Of a stretch of 58,049 bases of DNA, positions 1-9,939 are shown piece after piece. The stretch is from the NCBI GenBank assembly GCA_963783885.1, contig CAWAPJ010000002.1:1-58049 (forward strand). The letters run 5' to 3'. Both the position numbers and the translations under genes were made by a program. Numbering within the stretch: the first letter of the stretch is position 1; each line of letters begins with the position of its first letter. The DNA is from Waddliaceae bacterium (GTDB lineage: Bacteria > Chlamydiota > Chlamydiia > Chlamydiales > SLFE01). The notes under the pieces were generated by a model. It was given only the letters and a program-made list of their open reading frames with translations. It was not told where the DNA came from and did no database searches.

Positions 1-384
<384 letters not shown>

Positions 385-490
385 CAATACACCTCTTTTA
401 GTAAGGCTCATCATATCCACGAACGAATATATTGGAAAGAGGCTTTCCAATTTCTCGTCAATTCGTTATCCTGAATCCAACAAATTAAAG

Positions 491-652
491 GAGCCCTTTG
501 CAAAATTCCGGCAGACTGCTTTTTGGCTCTTTCACCGACCTTAGCCATTTGGTGCAAATTCCCTACTCTAAAGAGCATGTGAATTTGCACCAAATGGCTA
601 ATCTCGGCAAAATAGCTCAAAATCGGTTTTGCCGGAATTTTGCAAAGGGCTC
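491..652. repeat. 162-bp palindromic element (MITE/REP-like) between divergent eno and recA
   Basis: Terminal inverted repeat GAGCCCTTTGCAAAATTCCGGCA (491-513 / 630-652); inner stem TTAGCCATTTGGTGCAAATTC (541-561 / 581-601). Confidence 0.9.
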
Positions 653-666
653 TAAAGGAGTAAATC

Positions 667-1731
667 ATGTCCCAATCTTTGGATGAAAAGAAAAAAGCGC
701 TTGATAGCGCCGTGAGTTATATCAAAAAACAGTTCGGCGATGGAGCGATCATGTCGCTTGGACAAACCGGCCACCGAGAGGCAAGTGTGATTCCTACAGG
801 GGCGCTGACGCTCGATACTGCCCTGGGAATAGGCGGGGTGCCAAGAGGGCGCGTTGTGGAGCTATACGGCCCCGAATCGTCCGGGAAGTCGACGCTGGCG
901 CTGCACATCGTTGCCAACGCCCAAAAAACCGGCGGGCTGGCTGCCTACATCGACGCGGAACATGCGATCGATCCGGGCTATGCCGCAAAAATAGGCGTGA
1001 ATGTGGACGATTTGCTCATTTCTCAGCCCGATTGCGGCGAAGAAGCGCTCAATATCGCAGAAACCCTTGCCCGCTCCAATGCTGTTGATGTGATTGTTAT
1101 TGACTCGGTTGCGGCCCTCCTTCCAAGAGCTGAGCTTGAGGGGGAAATCGGAGACTCTTTCATGGGACTTCAGGCTCGAATGATGTCTCAAGCGCTCAGA
1201 AAGCTGACTGCAGCCCTCTCAAAGAGCAACACTTGTGCAATTTTCATCAACCAGGTAAGAGAAAAGATCGGCATAGTCTACGGCAACCCCGAAACAACAA
1301 CCGGAGGACGCGCGCTGAAGTTTTATTCCTCTATCCGCATGGAGATACGGCGCACGGCAAGCGTCAAAGGAAGCGACAACACCGATGCCGGCAACCGTGT
1401 GAAGGTCAAGGTCGTCAAAAATAAAATGGCGCCTCCGTTCCGCATCGCTGAATTTGATATCATGTTCAATGAGGGCATCTCCCGCACAGGCACTGTAATC
1501 GATCTTGGCGTCGAATACGGCATTATCGACAAAAAAGGGGCCTGGTTCAGCTGCAACGGCGAGAGGCTCGGCCAAGGCAGAGAGGCCGTTCGTGAGCTGC
1601 TCAAAGGCAATTCCGAGCTTCTCGATGAGCTGGAGAAGAAAATTTTGGAAAAACACAGAGAAATTTGCGGACTGCAACCTGTTGATAGTGAAAAAGATAA
1701 GAATCTGGAAGAGGCGAGCAAGTCCAATTAA
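667..1731 (+). CDS. recA: Recombinase A
   Basis: GPESSGKS Walker [27 protein letters not shown] at 655-660. Confidence 0.99.
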   Translation: MSQSLDEKKKALDSAVSYIKKQFGDGAIMSLGQTGHREASVIPTGALTLDTALGIGGVPRGRVVELYGPESSGKSTLALHIVANAQKTGGLAAYIDAEHAIDPGYAAKIGVNVDDLLISQPDCGEEALNIAETLARSNAVDVIVIDSVAALLPRAELEGEIGDSFMGLQARMMSQALRKLTAALSKSNTCAIFINQVREKIGIVYGNPETTTGGRALKFYSSIRMEIRRTASVKGSDNTDAGNRVKVKVVKNKMAPPFRIAEFDIMFNEGISRTGTVIDLGVEYGIIDKKGAWFSCNGERLGQGREAVRELLKGNSELLDELEKKILEKHREICGLQPVDSEKDKNLEEASKSN

Positions 1732-1792
1732 AACCGAAAGACCCTTCTGAATAAATAGTCATCCGGATATTGGTACAACAAAGAGGTGTTGT

Positions 1793-3514
1793 ATGGATAT
1801 CCGGTCTGATTTTTCAAGCCTTCCTGAAACCGTTTATAAAAGTCGCACAGCTTCTTATCTCGCTAAAACAGAAGGAGCTTTGCTTCGTTTGTCAGAGGGG
1901 ACGGGGGAAGTGGTCCGCGAGCAATATCAGGAGGCCAAACGGGGAGGAAAGCCCGAGTATTATCAGTTCTTCCTGAACCTCAATAGGTCACAGGAAAGTG
2001 CCGACGAAGTGGAAACCCTTTCTGCAAATGCGTTCCCCATTTCTCGGGAAAATGAAAAAAAGGCGCAAAAATACCTTTTCGACAATTATTTGATCCGCAA
2101 AGTGGAAAAACCGACGGTTGCCAAGGCGTTTGCCGGGTACGTTGGTGAATCTGTAACTCTTTCCCTGGTTGCAACGCTTATGGGCATTTCGGGGGTCGTA
2201 ACAGGGCCGGCGGCACTGACAGCTTTGGGAATTCGCCGGGCTTTACAAGGGAGAACAAATGATATCATTGGTATCGCCCCCCTCTGTGGTCAAAGATTTT
2301 TAAAAGAGGGAAAAAAGTTTTCGATTTTGACGCTCAATACAGGTCTTTCTCAATCTGAAATTATGAATTCTATCAACGGACTAAAAGATTCTTTCGTCCG
2401 TTCTAAAGCCCTGGCCCGCTTCTTGACAAAGGAAAATCCGGGAATCATTTTACTGCAGGAAGCCTTCCACTCCGAGGCGGTTCAAACTAATATCATTCCC
2501 TCCTTAGTCGATAACAAATACTCAGTTATCTACACCGTAAAACCGGAAAAAACACTAGGTCTTTCGGCGGGTCTTCTAATAGCCAGCAAACACCCTATAC
2601 GAGAAGTCGCTTTTTATAAATACCGCCACCCCGAGGGAGTGGACAAGCGAGCTAAAAAAGGGGTGTTAATGGCTATCGTGGAAGTCAAGGAAGGAGAATT
2701 TATTTGCATTGCCAATACGCATATGCAGGGCAAATTTACAGGAGAAGACGCTGTCCTAAAGAGAAAAAGCCAATTTATCAAGGCAAAAAGAGCTGTTTAT
2801 GAGTTTTGCGAGCAGTCTGAATACCCGATAAAGGATGTTTTCTTTTGCGGCGATTTCAATACATCCAGGTTCAAGCCACAAGAAGACGGCAAACTGAATA
2901 TGGCGAGATTCACTCCAGATTACATGTCGATGGAAGAAGGGCTTCTCAAAAAAGACAAAACAACGAAAATGCGATTAAAAGACCTGACGGTGCCCGACGT
3001 CAAACGAAGCTTTAAGCAGTTTAGTAAAAGGAAGCTTTATACAAAGATGAAGAGCGAAAACAAACGGATTCGGAATAACGAATCGGGGTCGGAAATGGGA
3101 ACGACCGTTGATACCGACTCCTTTACGCATAAATTCTACCTCACGCTTGTCATCCAGAGTGTTTGGGACGATATTCACTACAAAGAAAGTAAGGAGCTTA
3201 GTGAAAAACTTCAGAGAAGACATATCATTAAGCTCGTCAAAGCGGAAGTTTACGGTAATAAGAGGCCAAAATTCCTCAAAAGCAGCTCATTGAGTTTATC
3301 GGAATGCGAAATTAACAAAATTGATAAAATCATCAAAAAACGACTTTGTAAAGCCAGGAAAATGAAGTTTACAAAACCTCAATGCACAGACCACATCTGC
3401 TTGGCCCAAAGAGAGGAAAATCTTTTTTCGGAAAAAGGGTATACTTACCAAATTAAAGTTCCCGACGACAGCTCGGATCACAATGCGCTTAAGGTAAAAC
3501 TGAAGCAGCTCTAA
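1793..3514 (+). CDS. Endonuclease/exonuclease/phosphatase (EEP) superfamily protein, sphingomyelinase-like
   Basis: EEP motifs LNT, LQEAF, NTH, GDFN, DHI and terminal SDH; long N-terminal extension with a hydrophobic stretch. Confidence 0.75.
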   Translation: MDIRSDFSSLPETVYKSRTASYLAKTEGALLRLSEGTGEVVREQYQEAKRGGKPEYYQFFLNLNRSQESADEVETLSANAFPISRENEKKAQKYLFDNYLIRKVEKPTVAKAFAGYVGESVTLSLVATLMGISGVVTGPAALTALGIRRALQGRTNDIIGIAPLCGQRFLKEGKKFSILTLNTGLSQSEIMNSINGLKDSFVRSKALARFLTKENPGIILLQEAFHSEAVQTNIIPSLVDNKYSVIYTVKPEKTLGLSAGLLIASKHPIREVAFYKYRHPEGVDKRAKKGVLMAIVEVKEGEFICIANTHMQGKFTGEDAVLKRKSQFIKAKRAVYEFCEQSEYPIKDVFFCGDFNTSRFKPQEDGKLNMARFTPDYMSMEEGLLKKDKTTKMRLKDLTVPDVKRSFKQFSKRKLYTKMKSENKRIRNNESGSEMGTTVDTDSFTHKFYLTLVIQSVWDDIHYKESKELSEKLQRRHIIKLVKAEVYGNKRPKFLKSSSLSLSECEINKIDKIIKKRLCKARKMKFTKPQCTDHICLAQREENLFSEKGYTYQIKVPDDSSDHNALKVKLKQL

Positions 3515-4062
3515 AAAAGAGCGATTTGTCCAAGAGCGATATCCGTTTTCTCAACGGGAAGCGGCCTTTTCACCTGCTGCTCGGTAAAACCAATGCCAAG
3601 AGTGCATTCAGTGCCATTGAATTCGGAAAGGAGCTTGTCGTAATGCCCTTTTCCATATCCCAAACGGTGATTGAATGGGTCGAAGGCAAGGCCCGGCACG
3701 ACAGCAAAAGAGAGCTCGTTCGGCGTGACCGGCTCACAAAGATCGGGGTTCGGTTCCAAAATGCCCCACTTTGAAACCGCAAGTTCGGATTTGATATTAT
3801 TCACTCTGTAAAGCCGCAGGCATTCCTTCGCGACTCGAGGAAGAACAAGCCGTTTTTCTTTCGCCAGCAGAAAATTGAAATCCCACGTGCAGAGCTCCGA
3901 TCCAAAGCTGGCATAGGACAGAATACAGCCGCTCTTCGGAACGGCAGAAAGAAGAGCGTTTATGGCTTTTTCTTTCGCCTGTCTTCGCCGACGTTTGGAG
4001 AGAGCGTCGCGCTGCATGCGCATTAGACGGCGAATATCGGCTTTACAAGACAGGTTTTCCAT
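3511..4062 (-). CDS. ygfA: 5-formyltetrahydrofolate cyclo-ligase
   Basis: WGILEP, VPGLAFD, RLGYGKGHYD motifs. Confidence 0.95.
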   Translation of the reverse strand: MENLSCKADIRRLMRMQRDALSKRRRRQAKEKAINALLSAVPKSGCILSYASFGSELCTWDFNFLLAKEKRLVLPRVAKECLRLYRVNNIKSELAVSKWGILEPNPDLCEPVTPNELSFAVVPGLAFDPFNHRLGYGKGHYDKLLSEFNGTECTLGIGFTEQQVKRPLPVEKTDIALGQIALF

Positions 4063-5320
4063 TTTTTACCGTCGCTTTGGCTTTAAAATTTCCATCGGCG
4101 TCAAAGAGAGTGACTGTGCCGTCTCCATCTTGCACTCTTGAAAGTGGGACGGAGTCGCTTTTCTTGTAATATTCCCCCCTGACAAGCTTATTCTTTTCAT
4201 ATTCTTCGATCAGCATCAAATTTCCGTCGCGATACCAGGCTGTCAACATCCCATGCTTGGCACCGTTATTGAGCTCCCTTTGGCTCTCCTGAACCCCGTC
4301 CGGATACCAGGTCTTTACCATCCCTTGCAGCTGTCCCTCCATCCAATAAGTGGAAATTTTAGGAATCGTCCCTTTGCTTTGCGGGTAATATTCGATATCC
4401 TCCCCATGCTTCATGCCGTTTTTTACATGGTAAAGCTGAACCAGGTCCCCTTCATTGTTATAAACCTTGATCTCCCCCTCCGGCAATCCGCCCATGTATT
4501 GCTGATGCTGGACGATTCTGTCTTTTCCGAAGATGGATTTGTATCCTTCTCCATAATGAACGGCAGAGGAAAGGGAGCCGTCGGGATTGTAGTAGTTGCC
4601 GGTTTGCAAATATCCTTTGTCATAATGTTCTTCGGAGGCCAGTTCACCAGGTCCCCAGTACCGCATCGCTTTGCCGTGCGGCATTCCTTCCTTAAAGTTT
4701 GTTGTGGATAAAATGTCTCCGCTCTCCAGGTAGACAACGCGCTCGCCTTCCATCAGGTCCTTGTGGAATGTGACTGTTTTCCAGATAGTTCCCGTTGGAT
4801 GGTAATAGACAGACTCTCCTTCAAGAACTCCTTTACAATAGGGAATTTGCGCCAAAAGGTTGCCGTCGTCATCCCAAACATAGGATGTGCCGTCGAATAC
4901 CCATGTTTGCTGCGCTCCTTCTGTAAATTCAGGATCTCCCCCGATAACGGTGGCCTGGATGTTCATCGTTCCGTTGCTGTGCCATTCATAGTAGTTGCCA
5001 AAAACGCGCCCGTTGACAATCTCGACAAATTGCGCGGGTTGTCCATTGGGATGGTAGTTGATCAGCTCTCCCTGGACATTGCCCTGAAAGTCTCTTTGAT
5101 AGACTCTCATGACCCTTTCGTAGGGCTGGCAGGAGAGAAAGTCGACATTTTCATACCGTTCGAGCCGGTCGATTGTGCTGATAGTTTCCGAAAATCCGTT
5201 CCTGTCGGTGATGCTGATTGTGGCAAGCTTGGGCTGGCCGCTTATGCCTCTGGAGCAGCCCGACACAGTCAAGGCAACTACGGCGATAAAATAAAGTGAA
5301 TATTTAAGGATTTTATTCAT
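4043..5320 (-). CDS. MORN-variant repeat lipoprotein (YwqK-like), conserved chlamydial protein
   Basis: Lipobox-like VSGC; repeated G..HG....Y..NG units; position next to ygfA. Confidence 0.8.
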   Translation of the reverse strand: MNKILKYSLYFIAVVALTVSGCSRGISGQPKLATISITDRNGFSETISTIDRLERYENVDFLSCQPYERVMRVYQRDFQGNVQGELINYHPNGQPAQFVEIVNGRVFGNYYEWHSNGTMNIQATVIGGDPEFTEGAQQTWVFDGTSYVWDDDGNLLAQIPYCKGVLEGESVYYHPTGTIWKTVTFHKDLMEGERVVYLESGDILSTTNFKEGMPHGKAMRYWGPGELASEEHYDKGYLQTGNYYNPDGSLSSAVHYGEGYKSIFGKDRIVQHQQYMGGLPEGEIKVYNNEGDLVQLYHVKNGMKHGEDIEYYPQSKGTIPKISTYWMEGQLQGMVKTWYPDGVQESQRELNNGAKHGMLTAWYRDGNLMLIEEYEKNKLVRGEYYKKSDSVPLSRVQDGDGTVTLFDADGNFKAKATVKNGKPVL

Positions 5321-5326
5321 AAATTC

Positions 5327-5965
5327 CTAAGGCTCCGCGGTATATTCTCGTTTTAAAAGTTTTATATTGAGATTGAACACTTCGTTGTCATTGCTTGTCT
5401 TCCTTTTTTCCAGTTTCAAGTCGGTTATGATCAACTGAGGGGGATTCGGGCCCGGTTTGTAGAGGCCGATATCGATATCCTCTATCTTTGCCAAAATATT
5501 TTGGAGGTCGTTTAAGTCAATTTCTACCGGATGGACGAGAGTTTCGGCCGTCTCGCTGAAATAGGGATAGGTCTGAACGACTCCTTCGGCAAAAACCAGC
5601 GAATTTTTATTTGTTAGAAACTTCAGCCGGTTTGTCACCTCTTCATTTTCGATGAAGTTGTTTTGCTTGGAAATCTTTTCCAAAGCTTCGATCTCGGGTT
5701 TTAGCAGAGTGATCGCCTCGATATTTTTATCTATGTAAAACCGGTCAGCATCTCGATAATGAGACATAACTGCTTTATTGACGGCTTGTTTCTTTTCCTT
5801 GAGCAGAGCCATTTCCGTTAAATTCCGGACATGATCTCCAAGCGTGTTGATTTCGGTTAATTTTGAATAGATATGAAACAAGACAAGAGCCGCCGGGATC
5901 AACCCGAGGATCACAGCATAAGCGATCAGTCGCGAGCGGGGGATGGAAGACAAAAACTTATTCAT
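5327..5965 (-). CDS. Conserved chlamydial membrane-anchored protein (PilO/GspM-like position)
   Basis: Single N-terminal TM helix; start overlaps the stop of the upstream PilM/GspL-like gene. Confidence 0.6.
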   Translation of the reverse strand: MNKFLSSIPRSRLIAYAVILGLIPAALVLFHIYSKLTEINTLGDHVRNLTEMALLKEKKQAVNKAVMSHYRDADRFYIDKNIEAITLLKPEIEALEKISKQNNFIENEEVTNRLKFLTNKNSLVFAEGVVQTYPYFSETAETLVHPVEIDLNDLQNILAKIEDIDIGLYKPGPNPPQLIITDLKLEKRKTSNDNEVFNLNIKLLKREYTAEP

Positions 5966-7614
5966 GAGCTTACCTCTCCTTTGCTAGATACCCGTTTCGG
6001 CGGCCTGTTCTTCAGGAAAAACGATGTACGGAAAGTGTCGCCGCTTGTGCTCCATTTGACCTCCCCTTTAGGGTCGACAAGATCATTCGGGGCGATCAGT
6101 GCGTCATGGAATTCGCGCGCCATCATCGGAGCATCTGTACTGAACTCCAGCTCCACCTTCACGCGGTACTTTTGATTCCTGCTTTTGGCTGTCGGCTGCT
6201 TGACTAAGACGTAATGAAAATTTTTGATGTTGAGCAAAGGTTTTCCCGCCGCAGAATCGGTGACCAGATTGTGTGTTGCTAGCCACGCCAGGACATCGCT
6301 GACTTTGGGCACATCTGGATATAAGTTGAAGGTATTAGGAGCGTTGAGGACCTGATTTTCCAGATAATCGACGCGGCGGGTCAGCTTCTCCGGGGTCATT
6401 TCCTTGATATTCGGGGTTTTGTCAAAGGGGTTGTTTTGCTGGTATTGGTTTTCAAAGGGGGTGTAGGGCTTTTCAAGCGATTCTAAAAGCGAAGCGTATT
6501 GCGCTTTTACACCATCCACTTTTCCGTCTATCCAGACACCGCCTAAAATCCAAAGGGCCAAAGCCAGCAGAATGGATGCGCCGAAAAAGCTGTAAAGGGG
6601 AACTTTCAGCCTTTTCCAGGGATCCCCGTAGGTAAATTTTTCCCGGCGAAAGTTAATATCGGATTCTGAGCTCTTAAGCGAACCTACCGCAAGACCTATC
6701 GGTATGGCATATTCCTGAAGTACTTCCGATGTTTGGCCGAACTGGGGCTCGGGTCGGGAGACATTGATGTGGAGCCCTTCGGAAAAAATGGACTCGACGC
6801 CTTTAATCTGTCCTCCCTGACCCGTTAAGAGGACTTTCGATAGTTTTTGTCCTTTGTGCTGTTTGACAAGAGAAAACGTCGCCCGGCTGACCTCCTGTTT
6901 CAATATTGTCGCAGCCCCGGCAAGTTCCGAATTGCCGCTAAGCGCTGTTAAGTCAATCTCTGAAATCTCAGGGGTTTGTCCCGTGTCGTTTTTCACTGCC
7001 TGGATGAGGCTTGAGACGCCCTTTTTGATGGCGTGGTCGGCGATCAGCTTGCCGTCCTCTGCAAGCACGCAAAGGGTCTCGTCGCTATCGAAGTGGATAA
7101 TCAGTGTCGGAAGACCATTAGAGGCGCTATTGATGACCTTAGAAAAGGATGCCAGCGCTGCAGGAGATGCCGAAACAATTTCGGGGTCGGTACCAAGTTC
7201 ATCCATTGTGCTGAGATGAGAAGCGATCAACTCTTTTTTTACCGAGAGTACAGTCAGCAGAGTGCTATCTTTGCCATGTCCTATCTCGATATGTTGGAGA
7301 ATGGCCTCTTCTACAGGGAAAGGAATGAGCGGTTCAGCTTGGAACGGAAGGACTGATTCGACATCCTTTTTTTTGGTCAATTTGATTTCAAGAGACCGCA
7401 CCAAAACATCGCCTGCTCCAAGGCATGTGGAGACAATCGCCTTTTTGCCGGCAATGTCAAGCCGCTTTACATTTCTCTTAAATTCCTCTAGATCGACCGT
7501 TTTCACCTCGGTAATATGGGGAATGCCGTTTTTTGACACTGCCCTGGCATATTTGATCGAGGGCCCGCTTAGCGAGAGGCCGATAGCTGGGGGGTTATTA
7601 AAAAAATCGAGCAT
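5962..7614 (-). CDS. PilM/GspL-like actin-fold protein with C-terminal TM and periplasmic domain
   Basis: IGLSLSGPSIK N-terminus, FQAEPLIPFP, VLLTGQGG, INFRR followed by a TM helix. Confidence 0.7.
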   Translation of the reverse strand: MLDFFNNPPAIGLSLSGPSIKYARAVSKNGIPHITEVKTVDLEEFKRNVKRLDIAGKKAIVSTCLGAGDVLVRSLEIKLTKKKDVESVLPFQAEPLIPFPVEEAILQHIEIGHGKDSTLLTVLSVKKELIASHLSTMDELGTDPEIVSASPAALASFSKVINSASNGLPTLIIHFDSDETLCVLAEDGKLIADHAIKKGVSSLIQAVKNDTGQTPEISEIDLTALSGNSELAGAATILKQEVSRATFSLVKQHKGQKLSKVLLTGQGGQIKGVESIFSEGLHINVSRPEPQFGQTSEVLQEYAIPIGLAVGSLKSSESDINFRREKFTYGDPWKRLKVPLYSFFGASILLALALWILGGVWIDGKVDGVKAQYASLLESLEKPYTPFENQYQQNNPFDKTPNIKEMTPEKLTRRVDYLENQVLNAPNTFNLYPDVPKVSDVLAWLATHNLVTDSAAGKPLLNIKNFHYVLVKQPTAKSRNQKYRVKVELEFSTDAPMMAREFHDALIAPNDLVDPKGEVKWSTSGDTFRTSFFLKNRPPKRVSSKGEVSS

Positions 7615-7721
7615 ATTTAGAAATTATTTTGCCCGCAGGCAAAGCTCCCTTTACATAATATTCGTAAGAGTTTAATATACAATATAATTTTACTTTTTAT
7701 CAAGTAAAGCTGGGTTTCTTT

Positions 7722-7988
7722 ATGTTATTGTTTATAGAGGTGGTTGATAAATTATTTTTGATCTATATGATCATGATATTTGTCCGTATCCTGAGCTCCT
7801 GGTTTCCCGATTTTCAAAATTCTATTGCCGTTCGCTTCGTCTCTCACTATACCGACCCTTATCTCAATATATTCAGAAGAATCATTCCTCCTCTCGGCAT
7901 GTTTGATTTCAGTCCCATTGTCGCAATTTTGGCCCTCCAGGTTATTGAAACAGTCATTAAATCTTTGCTTTACAGATTATTCGTTTGA
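7722..7988 (+). CDS. yggT: YggT family membrane protein
   Basis: RILSSWFP...TDPYLNIFRRIIPPLGMFDFSPIVA. Confidence 0.92.
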   Translation: MLLFIEVVDKLFLIYMIMIFVRILSSWFPDFQNSIAVRFVSHYTDPYLNIFRRIIPPLGMFDFSPIVAILALQVIETVIKSLLYRLFV

Positions 7989-7989
7989 T

Positions 7990-8979
7990 ATGAAATATTT
8001 GAAACGGCATTTTTATCTCGGTAAAACCAGGCTTCCAAACAACATTTTTTATGCTCCTCTGGCCGGATGTTCCGACTACCCCTTCCGTCAAATGACATCT
8101 CGTTTTGAACCAGGTCTGATTTTTTGCGAAATGGTCAAGATGGAGGCCCTGATTCGCAACGATCCCAACACATTCCGTCTCCTCGATTACAACGCAAGCA
8201 TGCATCCTATTGGGGGACAAATAGTTGGGAGTAATCCCAAAATCTCCGGAAAAAGCGCGAAAATGATCGAGGAGCTGGGGTTTGATGTGGTCGACCTCAA
8301 CTGCGGCTGTCCGGTAGACAAAGTGACTAAAGACGGAAGCGGATCGGGAATGCTCAAAACCCCCGAGCTGATTGGAGATGTATTGGCAGAAATGGTCGCT
8401 GCCGTAGACATACCGGTCACCGTCAAAATCCGCGCAGGGTGGGATGAATCGTCCATCAATGCCCCTCTCATTACGCAAATCGCCGAATCAGCCGGAGCCG
8501 CCGCCATCACTATTCATGGCCGCACCCGAAAACAAGCCTACCGCGGCAGCGCCAATTGGGACTGGATTAAAGAGTGCAAAGAGATTGCAAAAACAATAAA
8601 AGTTATTGGAAACGGCGATGTGACAAGCGGCCAAGCCGCAGAAGAGATGTTTTCCCTGACAAATTGCGATGCCGTTCTCGTTTCCCGAGGAACTATGGGG
8701 CAGCCCTGGATTGCCCACGACATCATCACCTATCTCCTTGAGAAAAAGACAACTCCCCGCCTGCTCGAAGATGCCCGCGATGCCCTCTTCGAGCACTACA
8801 AGCTTGTCCTCGACTATCAGCACAGCCGCAAGGCCACTGTCGACGCCCGCCGCATAGGGTGCTGGTACTTAAAAAGCGCCCCGGGGACTAAAGAATTTCG
8901 CCAAAAGATCAGCCGTGTGGAGTCGCCTGAGAAAGCTCTCGAGCTGATTCAAAACTTTCAAGCTTCCCCTGAGAAGTGA
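7990..8979 (+). CDS. dusB: tRNA dihydrouridine synthase DusB
   Basis: APLAG, DLNCGCP, VTVKIRAGWD, IHGRT, GNGDV; ATG at 7990 directly follows yggT. Confidence 0.93.
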   Translation: MKYLKRHFYLGKTRLPNNIFYAPLAGCSDYPFRQMTSRFEPGLIFCEMVKMEALIRNDPNTFRLLDYNASMHPIGGQIVGSNPKISGKSAKMIEELGFDVVDLNCGCPVDKVTKDGSGSGMLKTPELIGDVLAEMVAAVDIPVTVKIRAGWDESSINAPLITQIAESAGAAAITIHGRTRKQAYRGSANWDWIKECKEIAKTIKVIGNGDVTSGQAAEEMFSLTNCDAVLVSRGTMGQPWIAHDIITYLLEKKTTPRLLEDARDALFEHYKLVLDYQHSRKATVDARRIGCWYLKSAPGTKEFRQKISRVESPEKALELIQNFQASPEK

Positions 8980-9556
8980 GCCGGAACCGGCTGATCGACC
9001 CGTTAGGCACTTCTACATATCCTTTCCGTCCGCTCTCTTTCATGAGCACCCTGACTACCCCTCCGTGCGTGACGATCAGCACTCTCACATCATCTGAATA
9101 TCTCCCTCTGAGATCACTCAGAAAAGAAACAACCTTTTCTCGAAACTCCTCTTTGGTTTCCGCTCCTTTTGCCGCTGCCCCTTCAAGAACCGCCCGTTTT
9201 AGATCAGCGTTTGGAAAATGCTGCCCCTCGAACTCGCCAAAACTCTTTTCCCGAATCCTTTCATCTGTGAATATTCCTTTAGGAGCAGTTTCCAGTTTCT
9301 TAACGATCAACTTTCCCGTGACATTGGCTCTCTTTAGGTCGGATGTGTAGACAACGTCGAATTTTTCGCTTTTTAGCTGCTCTCCTGCATTTTGAGCTTG
9401 TGAAATTCCCGTCGCGTTCAACTCAATATCCGTATGGCCCTGGAGGCGCTTTTGCAAATTCCAATTTGTTTCTCCATGCCGCACAATGACAAGTTCGATT
9501 CCAAAAAGCGGCCCAACTAACAAAATAACTCCGATGACAAACAGTTTAATGAACAT
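8909..9556 (-). CDS. Histidine phosphatase (phosphoglycerate mutase family), with signal peptide-like N-terminus
   Basis: RHGETNWN, SDLKRA, VTHGG motifs. Confidence 0.88.
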   Translation of the reverse strand: MFIKLFVIGVILLVGPLFGIELVIVRHGETNWNLQKRLQGHTDIELNATGISQAQNAGEQLKSEKFDVVYTSDLKRANVTGKLIVKKLETAPKGIFTDERIREKSFGEFEGQHFPNADLKRAVLEGAAAKGAETKEEFREKVVSFLSDLRGRYSDDVRVLIVTHGGVVRVLMKESGRKGYVEVPNGSISRFRLTSQGKLESFESARELSQATPHG

Positions 9557-9568
9557 AAAAATCCTTTT

Positions 9569-9868
9569 TTATTTTTCCCTGAAATATAAATCCCGAGTGA
9601 GATGTGTCAATTTGTCCCAAGAAACGCAAAAGGCGCCCACTCCAACAAAAGCTCCCAGGCTCAAAGCAACGCTCAATTCAAAAGATGCTGTGAAAATAAT
9701 TACGGCAAGGGAGGCGATAATGAAAGCAAGATCGATATAAATGAAATTTCTCACAGTTTGTATTTTTTCAAATTTTCTTAACTTTTGAATATTGAGAGAT
9801 ATATTCGACTTAATCTTTTCAACAGTTCCGGGATATATATAATATAAGTTGTTGTAAATCGACTGCAT
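9569..9868 (-). CDS. Small hypothetical membrane protein with a long bilobed hydrophobic segment (Inc-like)
   Basis: ORF from ATG 9868; ~40-residue hydrophobic stretch FIYIDLAF...GAFCVSW. Confidence 0.5.
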   Translation of the reverse strand: MQSIYNNLYYIYPGTVEKIKSNISLNIQKLRKFEKIQTVRNFIYIDLAFIIASLAVIIFTASFELSVALSLGAFVGVGAFCVSWDKLTHLTRDLYFREK

Positions 9869-9939
9869 ATTCGATTTCCTTTGTGAAAATGTTGTAGAAA
9901 AGACTATAACATAATGGAAAAAATAAAAGAATAGAGGTT

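Noticed and set aside
498-686. Short ORFs (411-668, 498-686) upstream of recA
   Set aside because: They lie over the palindromic element and show no coding features.
4043-5320. Toxin-antitoxin (YwqK) system
   Set aside because: It is a MORN-repeat lipoprotein in a conserved chlamydial housekeeping block with no adjacent toxin.
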